64,000 nucleotides of DNA from an uncultured Verrucomicrobiae bacterium (GTDB lineage: Bacteria; Verrucomicrobiota; Verrucomicrobiia; Chthoniobacterales; UBA10450), in contig CAVTMK010000003.1 in the NCBI GenBank assembly GCA_963735805.1, forward strand, positions 256,001-320,000, in the 5' to 3' direction. The first letter of the stretch is position 1. Each line of letters begins with the position of its first letter. The notes below the pieces were generated by a model that ran no database searches, was not told the DNA's origin, and worked only from the letters and a program-made list of their open reading frames with translations. The translations under genes were made by a program, and so were the position numbers. Shown here one piece after another: positions 1 to 10,915 of this stretch.

Positions 1-193
1 GGTAATTGGTGGCCATGAATTCGCTCCACTCGTTGCGGACCGAATGAAGATCGGAGTGGCAGATGCCGCAGAACAGAATCTCGATCTGCACGTCATGTTC
101 GGTTGGATCGCGGCGTTGGATTTTGGTTGAGCCCAGTGGTGATGTTTCACTCGCAGCGGAATAGGCTTTCGCGTTGTACGTGGTTGGATGCAT
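1..193 (-). CDS. Zn-dependent NAD(P) alcohol dehydrogenase, N-terminal part (runs off window edge)
   Basis: Manual translation MHPTTYNAKAYSAASETSPLGSTKIQRRDPTEHDVQIEILFCGICHSDLHSVRNEW has the CGICHSD Zn motif; AAGGAG SD upstream. Confidence 0.85.
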   Translation of the reverse strand, partial: MHPTTYNAKAYSAASETSPLGSTKIQRRDPTEHDVQIEILFCGICHSDLHSVRNEWSEFMATNY

Positions 194-379
194 GGCTGAT
201 TTTATCTCCTTTATCAAGTCGTGATCGCTGCGCGTGTGTGGGATTCTGCAGTGCCACATTAGAGTTAATCCCGCTTCCCTCTTTAAGATGATAATCGAAG
301 CGCGGCCCAGCGTCGCGCTTAGTGGCGGCCCCGTACAGAAATGATCCGTGGTCTCTTCGGGTGGCGCCTTGATCTTCTT

Positions 380-446
380 CCGCGCCCATCATAAACTCGC
401 CGGCGGGGATCCGTACCAGCTTCATGCCAATCGAATTCATAATCAC
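380..446 (-). pseudogene. N-terminal shard of a formylglycine-generating-enzyme (SUMF1) domain gene
   Basis: MNSIGMKLVRIPAGEFMMG is the typical FGE-domain start; similarity is lost afterwards. Confidence 0.55.
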
Positions 447-601
447 GTCTGATTCCCCTCGATCGGCTGACGCAGAAGTTTCCTTCGGCGAGGATAAAAC
501 GACTGGCCTGTTCAGGCACGAAACAAATAAGGAGCGTTTTGATGCACCGCAAGTCCAGGGCGATGATTTGCTGTTCAGCCGTCCAGAAGAGATTCCTCGC
601 C

Positions 602-1525
602 CTATTTTCCAAGGCTGAGAGTCCCGCGCAGGACTTCCACTGCGTATCCGCCGACCCGGACATTGGTGACCTTCTCGCCATCGCGCGTCGCGCGCACAAA
701 GATTTCACTCGGTCGCCGGGCTTCGGCGCCTTGATGAATGAGAATCTTTTCGTCAGATTTTGCCACGCCGTGCCACACCATCCAACTCACGGCACAACCG
801 GCAGCTGACCCGGTGGCGGGATCTTCTCCGCCATAGAAAAACATCCGGGCGCGCACCCAGCCTTCGCGTTCTTCCGGACAGATGAAGTAGCAAAACTTAG
901 CGCCCGTTCCATCCAGTAAAGCGCCGGCCTTGACAAGGTCAGGCTTCAAATTTGCCAAAGCCGTCGAATCGCGAATCGGTACAATCGCGAAGGGCAATCC
1001 GGTTGAAACAACCTGGCTCGGCCATTCGGACGCGATTTGCTCAGCGCCACCTCGCAGCACACCGCCGACGTCATCTCGAGACAGCGTGATGCCAAATTCC
1101 GGGTCGCGCTGATGCATCTCGCCAAAGACATCGCCCGCGACGCGATCGCGCACGCCTGTCCGGCTCGGACTAGAGTCAGCGCTGAATCCGACACTGATTT
1201 TCCCAACATTCAGATCAAGAACGACTTCATCCCCGTGCGAAGCCGCAGTATTGTGGAGGTACAGCGCCGTACCCAGTGTCGGATGCCCGGCAAACGGCAA
1301 CTCTTCCTCGACCGTAAAGATGCGGACTCGCTTCCCCTCCTTTGCTTCAACCTGTGGTTCGCGCGGCAGGATAAAAGTTGTTTCAGAAAGATTCATCTCC
1401 CGGGCGATCGCCTGCATTTGTTCATCGGTAAGACCGCGCGCGTCACTGAAGACGGCAAGCGGATTGCCCGTAAGCGCCGTCCGCGTAAAAACATCAAGCT
1501 GTACGAACTCGTAGGTGCGCGGCAT
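602..1525 (-). CDS. PhzF family isomerase/epimerase
   Basis: DVFT..GNPLAV, EMNLSETTF, ELPFAGHPTLG and EDPATGSA motifs. Confidence 0.92.
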   Translation of the reverse strand: MPRTYEFVQLDVFTRTALTGNPLAVFSDARGLTDEQMQAIAREMNLSETTFILPREPQVEAKEGKRVRIFTVEEELPFAGHPTLGTALYLHNTAASHGDEVVLDLNVGKISVGFSADSSPSRTGVRDRVAGDVFGEMHQRDPEFGITLSRDDVGGVLRGGAEQIASEWPSQVVSTGLPFAIVPIRDSTALANLKPDLVKAGALLDGTGAKFCYFICPEEREGWVRARMFFYGGEDPATGSAAGCAVSWMVWHGVAKSDEKILIHQGAEARRPSEIFVRATRDGEKVTNVRVGGYAVEVLRGTLSLGK

Positions 1526-1529
1526 CTTC

Positions 1530-1928
1530 TTACTTCCTTCGGTATTGTTCGTCGCTCACGTGCTCCATCCAATCAACGACTTTTCCGTCAAGTGCTTCTT
1601 GAATGGCGATATGTGTCATCGCGGTCGTCGGCGTCGCGCCGTGCCAATGCTTCTCGTTAGGCGCAAAACAGACGACGTCTCCCGCTCGGATCTCCTCGAT
1701 CTTACCGCCTTCTCGCTGCGCCCAGCCGAGCCCGGCGGTGACAATCAACGTCTGACCGAGCGGATGCGTATGCCAAGCGGTGCGCGCACCCGGCTCGAAT
1801 GTGACGCTCGCGCCACGAACGCGCGCCGGTTCAGGTGGTTCGAACAACGGATCGATCCGAACTGAACCGGTAAACCAATCAGCCGGACCTTTGTTTGACG
1901 CTTGTGACCCAACTTTTTTGATCTCCAT
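1530..1928 (-). CDS. Cupin domain protein
   Basis: [20 protein letters not shown]...KHWHGA; start placed at ATG 1928 after an SD. Confidence 0.9.
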   Translation of the reverse strand: MEIKKVGSQASNKGPADWFTGSVRIDPLFEPPEPARVRGASVTFEPGARTAWHTHPLGQTLIVTAGLGWAQREGGKIEEIRAGDVVCFAPNEKHWHGATPTTAMTHIAIQEALDGKVVDWMEHVSDEQYRRK

Positions 1929-1967
1929 GTTCCTTTCCTCAACTCTCAACTAAACCTCAGTAATTAA

Positions 1968-2546
1968 TTATTGCTGGAAACTGGTCGCCGACGGAGTCGG
2001 GCAACGACGGGTCTCAATTGTCGTGCCGGGCGTCACTGCGCCACCACGCAGGGTCCAGCATTCACCCAATGTGGAGCAGTAACAGATCTCGACCGTTATT
2101 CGCGCGCGATCTTTGTTCATCTCTACCCAGAGCGGATTCGATTTGTCGAAAGCGATCGGGTTCCCGTTCACATCGTGCGGAGTAAAGACGGTCATCGATT
2201 CACCGGCCGAGAATACATGACCCCTCATGTCGCTTTCAGAACCGCGATGTTCTCCTGGGCCGAGTAATTTATCGAACACTTCATACCAGTTCTTGACCGG
2301 CTGGCCGTCCACCATCACAACGACATTCCGGATGATCGCGGGACCGACACCTTTGTTTGCCAGGGTAAAGTGAATATCGGGACCATTGCTGCTCTCGAAC
2401 TCGAGGATCGGCCAGACTGCTGCGCGCACCTGTTGGCGCTGCATGTAGGCTGTGTAACCGGCGACACACACAGCCACGCACCCAATGAGGGTCGCGATGA
2501 CCGTTTCGTATCGGGTTGCCGCGCGGGTCTCCTTCTCCTCCGGCAC
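1968..2546 (-). CDS. Hypothetical membrane-anchored protein
   Basis: N-terminal TM helix, NxGxGPA motif, C-terminal CYCS..GECW. Confidence 0.7.
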   Translation of the reverse strand: MPEEKETRAATRYETVIATLIGCVAVCVAGYTAYMQRQQVRAAVWPILEFESSNGPDIHFTLANKGVGPAIIRNVVVMVDGQPVKNWYEVFDKLLGPGEHRGSESDMRGHVFSAGESMTVFTPHDVNGNPIAFDKSNPLWVEMNKDRARITVEICYCSTLGECWTLRGGAVTPGTTIETRRCPTPSATSFQQ

Positions 2547-2724
2547 GGCGCCGATGTTATCGCTGGCGCATTCAGTGTCAATTAGTCCGAGTCCGAATCA
2601 CAAGTCGTACACGGGGAGTTCATCGTAAAAATCGTTTAAGAACGGGGCGCCTGACTAAGATCCAGCTCCAGATCTTCTTCGCAGGAATCGAATTTTTTCG
2701 ACGGCGTTTCCGACCCATTATTAA

Positions 2725-3171
2725 CTAAGTCTCGATCTTCACAATTTTCGCGCTTCGTCCATCATCGAGCATAATCCAGTCGCCCATGTCTGCGGCCAGC
2801 AATGCCTTGCCGATCGGAGAAATCCAACTGACGGCGTCTCGTTCGAAATCGAGTTCGTCGACGCCGACGATGGTAAACGTTTGAGTAGCGCCCGTCTTAT
2901 CCTTCACCTTCACGGTTGCGCCGAACGTGACGCTGTTCGACGGCGCGTCCGACGGATCGACAACATGGATCGATGCCAGAATGCGCTCTAATTCGATGAT
3001 GCGCTCGCTATCGGCGTTTGCTGCGCGGAGCTTCTGCAGTTCCCCGCGCAATCGCTTCGCGCCACGTGCGGTGATGTAATTAGTCGCTCCCGGCGGCAAT
3101 CCAGACGCCGATCGTTTCCGTCCGCTGCGCTCCGGCGGATCGACATCTTCTTTGACGAACGCCCTGCTCAT
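2725..3171 (-). CDS. GreA/GreB-family C-terminal-domain protein (MSRAFVKE type)
   Basis: NYITARG, VTFGATV, IVGVDE, SWISPIGKALL; coiled coil very short. Confidence 0.85.
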   Translation of the reverse strand: MSRAFVKEDVDPPERSGRKRSASGLPPGATNYITARGAKRLRGELQKLRAANADSERIIELERILASIHVVDPSDAPSNSVTFGATVKVKDKTGATQTFTIVGVDELDFERDAVSWISPIGKALLAADMGDWIMLDDGRSAKIVKIET

Positions 3172-3284
3172 CCAGGGAAGTATCGCAGCCGGCGCTTCGC
3201 ATGTCCTTCGGAAAAGAGAGATCCGATTGGCGTGACGTCCACGACGGAACGAACACTACTGACTCACAGCTCGACGCGCCTTGC

Positions 3285-3457
3285 TCTGCGCGCCGGAATC
3301 CAGCAGGCAGAAGGGCGATGGTCAATAAGAGCAAGGCGACACACGTAAAGGTGACCGGATCGGAAGCGCTCACGCCATAGAAAAGGCTCTTCATCATCGG
3401 CACGTTGGAGAAGGCAATGATCACTCCGCATGATGACACAATCGCGGCGAGCACCAC
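3285..3457 (-). pseudogene. C-terminal shard of an ABC (MacB/FtsX, ADOP-type) permease
   Basis: MKSLFYGVSASDPVTFTCVALLLLTIALL resembles the C-terminus of the permease at 40534-43197. Confidence 0.55.
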
Positions 3458-3538
3458 GCCTTGTTTCAGGCTGAGCTTCTGCCGATCGGAAAGCGCACCC
3501 CCCAGGCGTTCTTACAAATGACAGGAACTGATGGGGCG

Positions 3539-4768
3539 TCAGGCAGCGGGAACGCTTTTCTTTCGTCCGCCTGCAACGGCGATCGCGCCGCTGAATACCG
3601 CCGGGTTAAACGTGATCGAAAGCAGTGCGCCGGCGACAATCAGGTTCAAGCCTTCCGTGGGAAGCAGACTCAGCTTCACTCCCAGGGCGGCAAGGATAAA
3701 AGAAAATTCACCGATCTGAGCGAGTGCGGCGGAGACGATGAGCGCTGTTCGGGTCGAGCCTCGCAGAGTCCGAACAATGCCGAATGCGGCTAACGACTTT
3801 CCAAATACGATAATCGCGAGCACGGCCAGAACCTGAACCGGTTGCCGGATCAGAATCGAAGGATCGAACAGCATTCCGACAGCGACGAAGAACAAAACCG
3901 TGAAAGCATCCTGGAGCGGCTGAAGCTCTTTGGCTGCGCGATGACTCAAGTCGGATGCGTTCACTACTACTCCGGCAAAGAACGCGCCAAGGGCAAAGGA
4001 AACGCCGAAGAGCTTGGCGGAACCAAACGCCACACCAAGGGCAAGCGCGATCACTGCGAGTGTGAACAATTCGCGCGAACCGGTTCGTTCCACCTGTGAT
4101 AACAGCCACGGAAAAAACCGCACACCGGCAAAAAGCATTAGTGCGATGAACACCGCCACCTTTCCGATTGTGATCCCGAGTGCCGGCCAGAGGCTTCCCT
4201 GATCGATGTTATTGGACGGGCTTCCACCCATTATTCTCGACAGGGCGGGCAGCAACACCAGCGTAAGCACCATGAGGAGATCTTCTACTACCAGCCATCC
4301 GATCGCGATGCGTCCATCATTCGACTTGATCATGTCCCGATCCTCGAGTGCGCGCAGCAGAACGACCGTGCTTGCGACCGATAACGACAATCCAAAAATA
4401 ATTCCTGCGCCTAACGACCATCCCCACAACATTGCCAGGCCAGCGCCGAGTGCGGTCGCCACCACAATTTGCGTGAACGCACCGGGCAACGCCATACCGC
4501 GCACGGCGATAAGATCCCGTATGGAAAAATGTGTGCCGACTCCGAACATGAGCAGGATCACGCCGATCTCCGCCAGCTGCGGAGCAAGGTGCGCGTCTGC
4601 CACGAAGCCGGGTGTGAACGGACCAACAACAATGCCGGCCAGAAGATAGCCAACCAGCGGCGGCAAACGCAGTCGCACCGCCAGTAATCCACCAACAAAT
4701 GCAAAGGCCAGGCTGACAGCGATGGTCGCGATCAGTGGAACATCATGAGCGGTGACGGCTGCTAACAC
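3539..4768 (-). CDS. ybaL: CPA2 cation:proton antiporter, YbaL-like (no C-terminal RCK domain)
   Basis: LPPLVGYLLAG..GPFTPGFVAD, LAEIGVILLMFGVG, GWLVVEDL, LAQIGEFSFILA. Confidence 0.85.
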   Translation of the reverse strand: MLAAVTAHDVPLIATIAVSLAFAFVGGLLAVRLRLPPLVGYLLAGIVVGPFTPGFVADAHLAPQLAEIGVILLMFGVGTHFSIRDLIAVRGMALPGAFTQIVVATALGAGLAMLWGWSLGAGIIFGLSLSVASTVVLLRALEDRDMIKSNDGRIAIGWLVVEDLLMVLTLVLLPALSRIMGGSPSNNIDQGSLWPALGITIGKVAVFIALMLFAGVRFFPWLLSQVERTGSRELFTLAVIALALGVAFGSAKLFGVSFALGAFFAGVVVNASDLSHRAAKELQPLQDAFTVLFFVAVGMLFDPSILIRQPVQVLAVLAIIVFGKSLAAFGIVRTLRGSTRTALIVSAALAQIGEFSFILAALGVKLSLLPTEGLNLIVAGALLSITFNPAVFSGAIAVAGGRKKSVPAA

Positions 4769-4947
4769 TCAGATCAATCGCACTTCTACTTTCGAAACGC
4801 GAGAGCTCCGGCGTGGTGTGCGCTTTCTGTGAGACTACCAGATTTCATATCTTTAGAGGCAACCCTGTGTTTTCCCACGAACGAGTTTGATTGACGACCC
4901 GCGACGATTCGTAGCATCAAGGACTATCAACCGTTCAAGCTACACGA

Positions 4948-6519
4948 ATGGAAACGCCGCTGACGCCTCTCGAATTCGCTCGCCGCGCGCGTAAACTCTA
5001 TCCGGACCGTGTCGCCGTAGTCGATGGCGAATCACGCTGGACCTACGCGCAGTTTTTCGATCGATGCGATCGTTGGTCGGCAGTTTTGCAGAAACTTGGA
5101 ATCGGCCCCGGTGACCGCGTGGCGTATCTCTCACCGAACACTCACGCGCAACTCGAATCGTTCTACGCGGTGCCGCAAACCGCCGCCGTGCTGGTACCGT
5201 TAAACTATCGCCTGACCGCGGACGACTTCGTTTACCTGATCAATCATAGCGGTTCGCGAATGCTTTGCGCAGACCGCGATTATCTTGCCACGATCGACAC
5301 CATTCGATCCCGCCTACCGGGCGTTAAACACTTCGTTGCTCTGAACGGACCAGGCGAGAACTGGCTCGACTATGAAGCAATGATCGAATCTAGCTCGTGT
5401 GAATTTACGCGCCCGGAAATTCACGAGACTGATCTGCTCACAATCAGCTACACCAGCGGCACCACCGCGCATCCGAAGGGCGTGATGATCACCCACCGCA
5501 ATGCCTGGATGAATTCCATCGGCACGCTTCTTCACGCACCCATGACCTGCGCTGATCGGTATCTATGGACGCTGCCGATGTTTCACGCCAACGGCTGGAC
5601 TTTCGTCTGGACCGTAACGGCCGCGGGAGCAACTCACATTTGTCTGCGCAAAGTTGAGCCGCGCGCTGTGTTCGAATTGATGGCGACCCAACAGGTCACC
5701 ACGCTCTGCGCAGCGCCGACGGTTCTGATTGCGCTGGCGAACGCGCCAGAATCTCTCCATCGCCTCGCGCCGAAAGGAATTCGTGTTGTCACGGCCGGTG
5801 CGCCGCCCGCTGCTGCCACTATCCAGCGACTCGAAGAAGAGCTGGGCTGGACCATTATCCACGTTTACGGACTGACCGAGACAGCGCCATTCATCACTGT
5901 GTGCGAGCAGCGGGCGGAACATATGCCCCTTCCCATCAGCGAACGGGCCGCGATCAAAGCGCGCCAGGGCGTTGAGTTGATCACATCAGGCGAATTGCGC
6001 GTAGTGGATTCGCACGACGACGACGTTCCGCACGATGGCGTTACTCAGGGTGAAATCATCGCGCGCGGCAACGTGGTTATGACCGGGTACTACAACGACC
6101 CGGAAGCGACCGAGCGTGCTTTGCACGGCGGATGGTTTCATACCGGCGACGCCGCAGTCGTGCATCCGGATAGTTACGTCGAAATTCGCGACCGCCTGAA
6201 AGACGTCATCATCAGCGGCGGTGAAAACATTTCTTCTGTTGAAGTTGAAGGCGTGCTTTTGCGACACCCGGCCGTACAGGAAGTAGCGATCGTCGGATTC
6301 GCGAATGAACAATGGGGCGAAGCGCCACACGCCTTTGTTGTTCTCCACGAAGGCTCGCACGCGGATGAGCGCGAGCTGCGCGAGTTTGCGCGCGCGAACC
6401 TCGCGCACTTCAAAGCGCCGCACAACGTGACATTCGTCAATGAACTGCCCAAAACTGCGACCGGCAAAATTCAGAAATATATTTTGAGAAAACAACGGCC
6501 TGCGATCGCTCCGCAGTGA
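4948..6519 (+). CDS. Acyl-CoA synthetase (long-chain-fatty-acid--CoA ligase family)
   Basis: YTSGTTAHPKG, YGLTE, GWFHTGD, DRLKDVIISGGENISS, PKTATGKIQK. Confidence 0.93.
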   Translation: METPLTPLEFARRARKLYPDRVAVVDGESRWTYAQFFDRCDRWSAVLQKLGIGPGDRVAYLSPNTHAQLESFYAVPQTAAVLVPLNYRLTADDFVYLINHSGSRMLCADRDYLATIDTIRSRLPGVKHFVALNGPGENWLDYEAMIESSSCEFTRPEIHETDLLTISYTSGTTAHPKGVMITHRNAWMNSIGTLLHAPMTCADRYLWTLPMFHANGWTFVWTVTAAGATHICLRKVEPRAVFELMATQQVTTLCAAPTVLIALANAPESLHRLAPKGIRVVTAGAPPAAATIQRLEEELGWTIIHVYGLTETAPFITVCEQRAEHMPLPISERAAIKARQGVELITSGELRVVDSHDDDVPHDGVTQGEIIARGNVVMTGYYNDPEATERALHGGWFHTGDAAVVHPDSYVEIRDRLKDVIISGGENISSVEVEGVLLRHPAVQEVAIVGFANEQWGEAPHAFVVLHEGSHADERELREFARANLAHFKAPHNVTFVNELPKTATGKIQKYILRKQRPAIAPQ

Positions 6520-6601
6520 GTGAAAGTGAGCAAGTAGCTCGTAACGGCCGATAGGAACTTGAAAATTTTAGACCACAGTAACTCGAGGGGAGGCGTGTCC
6601 G

Positions 6602-7982
6602 ATGGCAACTAAATATGATGCGATCGTTATTGGGACTGGCCAGGCAGGACCATCGCTTGCGGTTCGATTGGCAGGCACGGGAATGAACGTGGCGATTATC
6701 GAGCGCAAACGATTCGGCGGCACCTGTGTCAACAACGGCTGCATCCCAACGAAAACGCTGGTGGCTAGTGCGCGCGCAGCTCATGTCGCGCGCCGGGCCG
6801 GCGATTATGGCGTGACGATTCACGACCCGATCGCCGTTGACATGAAAAAAGTCAAAACGCGTAAGGACGCAGTGGTGCGTCAGAGCAGCGAGGGGCTGGA
6901 GAAGTGGCTCAAAGAACACTCAGAACCTGACTGTCATTGAAGGCCACGCTCGCTTTGCCGACCCGCATCGGGTCCGTGTCGGCGACGAACTTCTCGAGGC
7001 GGACAAATTCTTTATCAACGTTGGCGGACGCGCGTCTATTCCTCCGTTCCGTGGCATCGATGAGGTGCGCTATTTGGACAATTCAACGATGATGGACGTG
7101 GACTTTCTACCCGAGCACCTGGTCGTCATCGGCGGCAGCTACGTTGGGTTGGAGTTTGCTCAGATTTATCGCCGCTTCGGCAGTGAGGTCACCGTTGTGG
7201 AGAGAGGGCCGCGACTGATTCACCGTGAAGACGAAGACGTTTCCGAAAACATCAAAACAATTCTCGAAGGCGAAGATATCAAGATCCGTTTGGGCGCTGA
7301 ATGCATCGGCTTTGAAAAGCGCGGCGACAAAGTCGCTGTGCAGGTTGATTGCAGCAGCGGCGATAAGACTGTCATCGGCTCGCATGCCCTTCTCGCGGTC
7401 GGTCGTGTGCCGAACACCAACGACCTCGGCGTGGAACAGGCCGGCCTTAAAGTCGATCAGCGCGGTTACATCCAGGTCGACGATCAACTTCGCACCAATG
7501 TGCCCGGCATTTATGCGCTGGGTGATTGCAATGGACGCGGAGCCTTCACTCATACCGCATACAACGATTATGAAATTGTCGCGGCTAATCTTTTAGACGG
7601 CGACCATCGCCGCGTGAGCGACCGGATCACGGCGTACGCTCTTTACATCGATCCGCCGTTGGGCAGAGCAGGAATGACTGAGACAGAAGTACGAAAGTCA
7701 GGACGGAAAGTTTTGATTGGAAAACGTCCGATGACGCAAGTCGGCCGCGCACGGGAGAAAGGCGAGACGGATGGATTTATGAAAATTTTGGTGGATGCGG
7801 AAACCAAAAAGATTCTTGGAGCGTCGCTGCTGGGGATCGAGTGCGACGAGGTAATTCATTCGATCCTCGACGTGATGTACGCCAACGCGCCATACACAGT
7901 GATTCAGCGCGCCATGCACATTCATCCGACTGTCTCAGAATTGATCCCGACCATGCTCGGCGAGTTGAAGCCGTTGACGTGA
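6602..7982 (+). pseudogene. FAD-dependent pyridine nucleotide-disulfide oxidoreductase with one +1 frameshift near 6912 (probably a sequencing error)
   Basis: GTGQAG, GGTCVNNGCIPTK, GGSYVGLE, HIHPTVSE; removing one A at ctc-aaag-aac restores EKWLKNTQNLTVIEGHARF. Confidence 0.85.
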
Positions 7983-8042
7983 CCGAGTTCGTCGCGATCA
8001 GGCGAAGATCATGAGTGGTGAGGGCTGCCTGTCCGCTCGCAG

Positions 8043-9266
8043 TTACGATTCTGGCGTCAGCTGCTTGAGAATTTTTTCTACGTCGCGACGAATCTCTCCG
8101 CGACGTTGCTCCGTATCTGCCCACGACGACGCGGGTGACCTATGGGAGTCAAGAAGAGCGAGAGCCTCTTCGGCTTGCTGTCGCGCCGGCTCCTTCTGCC
8201 CGTCTGCCAAATACCCTTCGGCAAGGTTAGAGTGCGCGTCGGCAGAATCCGGATAAGCCAAAACGTTGAGCTTGAACGTCTCGATGGCGTTCTTGATGTC
8301 TCCCACACGCTGATAGTCTTCGCCTATAATGTCCACCGCAGCTTCCGGCCATAACTGGGCTTGGGGATCTTTGCGCCGAGCCTCTAACAGTTGCTGCGTG
8401 ATTTGCGCGGTTGCGCCAGGCGTTTGAAGCTGATTCAGGATCGGCGCTGCTGCCAAACCATCCGCGGGCGCGTGACCCGGTGTTTTGATCAACGTAGTCA
8501 CGAACCAGTGCACAATGATATCGGGCAACTCCGGATGAACTTTAAACATGTCCGTTCCGTGACCACCCTTGGCGGGAACTTTGCTCGCATCGCTCGTTTC
8601 GTACCATAGCCACGGCGCATCCTCGGCGGCAGAATAGTGGACCAATTTCTTGCTCGGGCTGCCGGCCGTGACGTAGAGCAGCTTCATCGCATCCTGAGTC
8701 GGCGGATATTCATCATCATCGGAGAAGACGAACAGCTCCGGCAGTTGCCGCGCCTGATGCAGGAACTCGTAGCCGACTCGCGCCAGGGTGCCGCCGAGTG
8801 TCTCTCCCGAGAGCAATGCCAGCGATTTCACCTGTGCAGAGTGATGACGTGCAACTTCGACGGAATACCCGACGCCGAGCCAGCCTGCTCCTCCCGCGCC
8901 GATGAGATCACGGTTCACGCCGGGTTGTGAAACTAGATATTGAAAAGCCATATCAATGTCGTCCGTCATCTTGTCGCCAGCTTTGCCGCCGCTTTCTCCG
9001 TGTCCGCGCGTGTCGAGTGTAAGCGTATTAATCCCCGCCGACGCGAGCTGGCTGGCCACACTGTCCCACGACTTGCGATCGCGGTTGGCCTGATGCAGCA
9101 GCAATACACCCGGCCCTGGCTTGGCTGCAGCAAAGTAGCTGGCCTTCAGCTGCGTGCCGTCGGAAGTCTTCAGATCGACATTACGGCCGCCGCTCGCGGA
9201 GTCGGCGAAAGCGATAGCAGTGATGCTGAAGGAAACTAGCAGGACGAGGACGAATAATAATTTCAT
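8043..9266 (-). CDS. Secreted alpha/beta-hydrolase-fold protein with C-terminal TPR
   Basis: Signal peptide MKLLFVLVLL, PGVLLLHQ, DTRGHGES, GHGTDMF, TPR-like tail; start set at ATG 9266. Confidence 0.8.
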   Translation of the reverse strand: MKLLFVLVLLVSFSITAIAFADSASGGRNVDLKTSDGTQLKASYFAAAKPGPGVLLLHQANRDRKSWDSVASQLASAGINTLTLDTRGHGESGGKAGDKMTDDIDMAFQYLVSQPGVNRDLIGAGGAGWLGVGYSVEVARHHSAQVKSLALLSGETLGGTLARVGYEFLHQARQLPELFVFSDDDEYPPTQDAMKLLYVTAGSPSKKLVHYSAAEDAPWLWYETSDASKVPAKGGHGTDMFKVHPELPDIIVHWFVTTLIKTPGHAPADGLAAAPILNQLQTPGATAQITQQLLEARRKDPQAQLWPEAAVDIIGEDYQRVGDIKNAIETFKLNVLAYPDSADAHSNLAEGYLADGQKEPARQQAEEALALLDSHRSPASSWADTEQRRGEIRRDVEKILKQLTPES

Positions 9267-9288
9267 CGGAGTAACATCGGTTTCACTT

Positions 9289-10242
9289 TCAAGGCAAAGT
9301 CTTGGCCACACGAAAACCCATAACGACGTCGCGAAAGTCGGCTGGGTTTCTTTCGCGAGTCGCTGAGCGGAGGAGCCAGCTTGGATACAACCAGCTACCG
9401 CCGCGATCGACACGCATACAGCCGTTTGGGCGTTCCGCTGCTCTTCCGTCCGTCGGCGCCTTCGCATAGGTATCGGCATAACAATCTTCTGTCCATTGCC
9501 AGACATTGCCCACGATATCGTAAAGGCCAAACGGGTTCGCGGGTTTCAATCCCACCGGATGAGTGTGGCCGTCGGAATTGTCTTTGTACCAGGCATGGCC
9601 AGCTGCACCGCTGTCATCCTCGCCCCACCAGAATGGCGTTGTCGTGTCACCGCGTGCGGCGTACTCCCATTCTGCTTCACTGGGTAAGTGATAAGAGCCA
9701 TCACTCGGATTTAAGCCGCGTCCACGCAGTTTGCCGTTCAACCACGAGACATACGCGCGTGCATCTTGCCAACTGACGCACACCACCGGGTCTCGCTCAG
9801 TTTGATTGAAACCGGGACTCTGCCAACGCGCGTCCGCCCACTTATTGGCTTTCGGCATGCTTGATTCAAAACATCCGTCACCTGCGGAATACCCGGTCTC
9901 CCTAACGAACGCCGCGTATTCACCCCGAGTCACATCGTATTCGCCAATGGCGAAGCATCGCAACGTCACCCGGTGTTGCGGCGCTTCATCTGAAACTGAT
10001 TCTGGTGACGCACCATGCTTCGTAGCCCAAACTTTCTCCGATTCTGGCGAACCCATGTTGAACGAACCCGCAGAAACAACGACCATCTCCGGACAATCGG
10101 GGCAGTCGCGGAACACCGTCCCTGGCTTTGCGGCGTCAACATCTTTGACTTGCCGTTCATCAGCATGCGCAGCCGTGACGGCGAAGATGCAGGCAGGCAG
10201 CAACAAGGCCGCGAGCGATGTTCGATCTCGATGCGGATTCAT
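9289..10242 (-). CDS. Formylglycine-generating enzyme (SUMF1/EgtB/PvdO) family protein
   Basis: FRDCPDCPEMV, LPSEAEWEYAARG, PNPFGLYDIVGNVWQW, RGGSW, GFRVA. Confidence 0.92.
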   Translation of the reverse strand: MNPHRDRTSLAALLLPACIFAVTAAHADERQVKDVDAAKPGTVFRDCPDCPEMVVVSAGSFNMGSPESEKVWATKHGASPESVSDEAPQHRVTLRCFAIGEYDVTRGEYAAFVRETGYSAGDGCFESSMPKANKWADARWQSPGFNQTERDPVVCVSWQDARAYVSWLNGKLRGRGLNPSDGSYHLPSEAEWEYAARGDTTTPFWWGEDDSGAAGHAWYKDNSDGHTHPVGLKPANPFGLYDIVGNVWQWTEDCYADTYAKAPTDGRAAERPNGCMRVDRGGSWLYPSWLLRSATRERNPADFRDVVMGFRVAKTLP

Positions 10243-10405
10243 TTGTCAGTTGTTGATGAGATGCACCAGAATCAAGATTGTTCCCGAGCAAGCGAAATTT
10301 TTTTGAAACCTGATCACGCCCACAATCCCGAGACCGCTTGCTGTTTTTCCCTATCGACGGGAACAAACGGCGCCGTGAGAACTCACATATTGTTATAAGG
10401 GCGAC

Positions 10406-10915
10406 ATGTCCGCCGATCTGAAGTTTGAAAACCTGGTGAAACTTTATTATCGAGATCTTTATCGATTTGGCTTCAGCCTTACCGGAAGCGAGGTCGATGC
10501 GTCTGATCTAACGCAGGAGACTTTTTACATTTGGGCCAGAAAAGGTCACCAGCTCAACGACCCTGCAAACGTTAAAGGATGGCTCTTCACCACGTTGCAC
10601 CGCGAATTTCTTAAAATCTGCCGGCGGCGGAAGCGGTTTGCGGATAAACCGATTGAGGAGACCGCGCACAACTTGCCTGATGTTCCGGCCGAATGCGTGA
10701 ACCGCATCGACTCCCAAACATTGCTTCTCATGCTCCAGGAGATCGCCGAAGATTTTCGTGCGCCCCTTGTCCTCTATTATATGGAAGATTTGTCCTATAA
10801 AGAGATCGCCGATGTCCTGGCGCTTCCGCTCGGCACGGTACAGTCGCGTATCGCGCGCGCGAAAATTCAGCTTTTGCGCAGGTTAAGTGAAACGAATTTA
10901 CCGCACACGAAATGA
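10406..10915 (+). CDS. ECF sigma-70 factor
   Basis: DASDLTQETF, WLFTTLHR, LSYKEIADVLALPLGTVQSRIARA. Confidence 0.92.
   Translation: MSADLKFENLVKLYYRDLYRFGFSLTGSEVDASDLTQETFYIWARKGHQLNDPANVKGWLFTTLHREFLKICRRRKRFADKPIEETAHNLPDVPAECVNRIDSQTLLLMLQEIAEDFRAPLVLYYMEDLSYKEIADVLALPLGTVQSRIARAKIQLLRRLSETNLPHTK

Noticed and set aside
602..1525. Phenazine biosynthesis cluster
   Set aside because: Lone PhzF-family gene with no other phz genes
6602..7982. Mercuric reductase merA / mer operon
   Set aside because: No C-terminal Cys-Cys pair (ends ELKPLT) and no merR/T/P nearby
9267..9530. N-terminal extension of the 495-aa ORF, and the many antisense or overlapping ORFs in the track
   Set aside because: They overlap better-supported genes; long shadow ORFs are expected in GC-rich DNA
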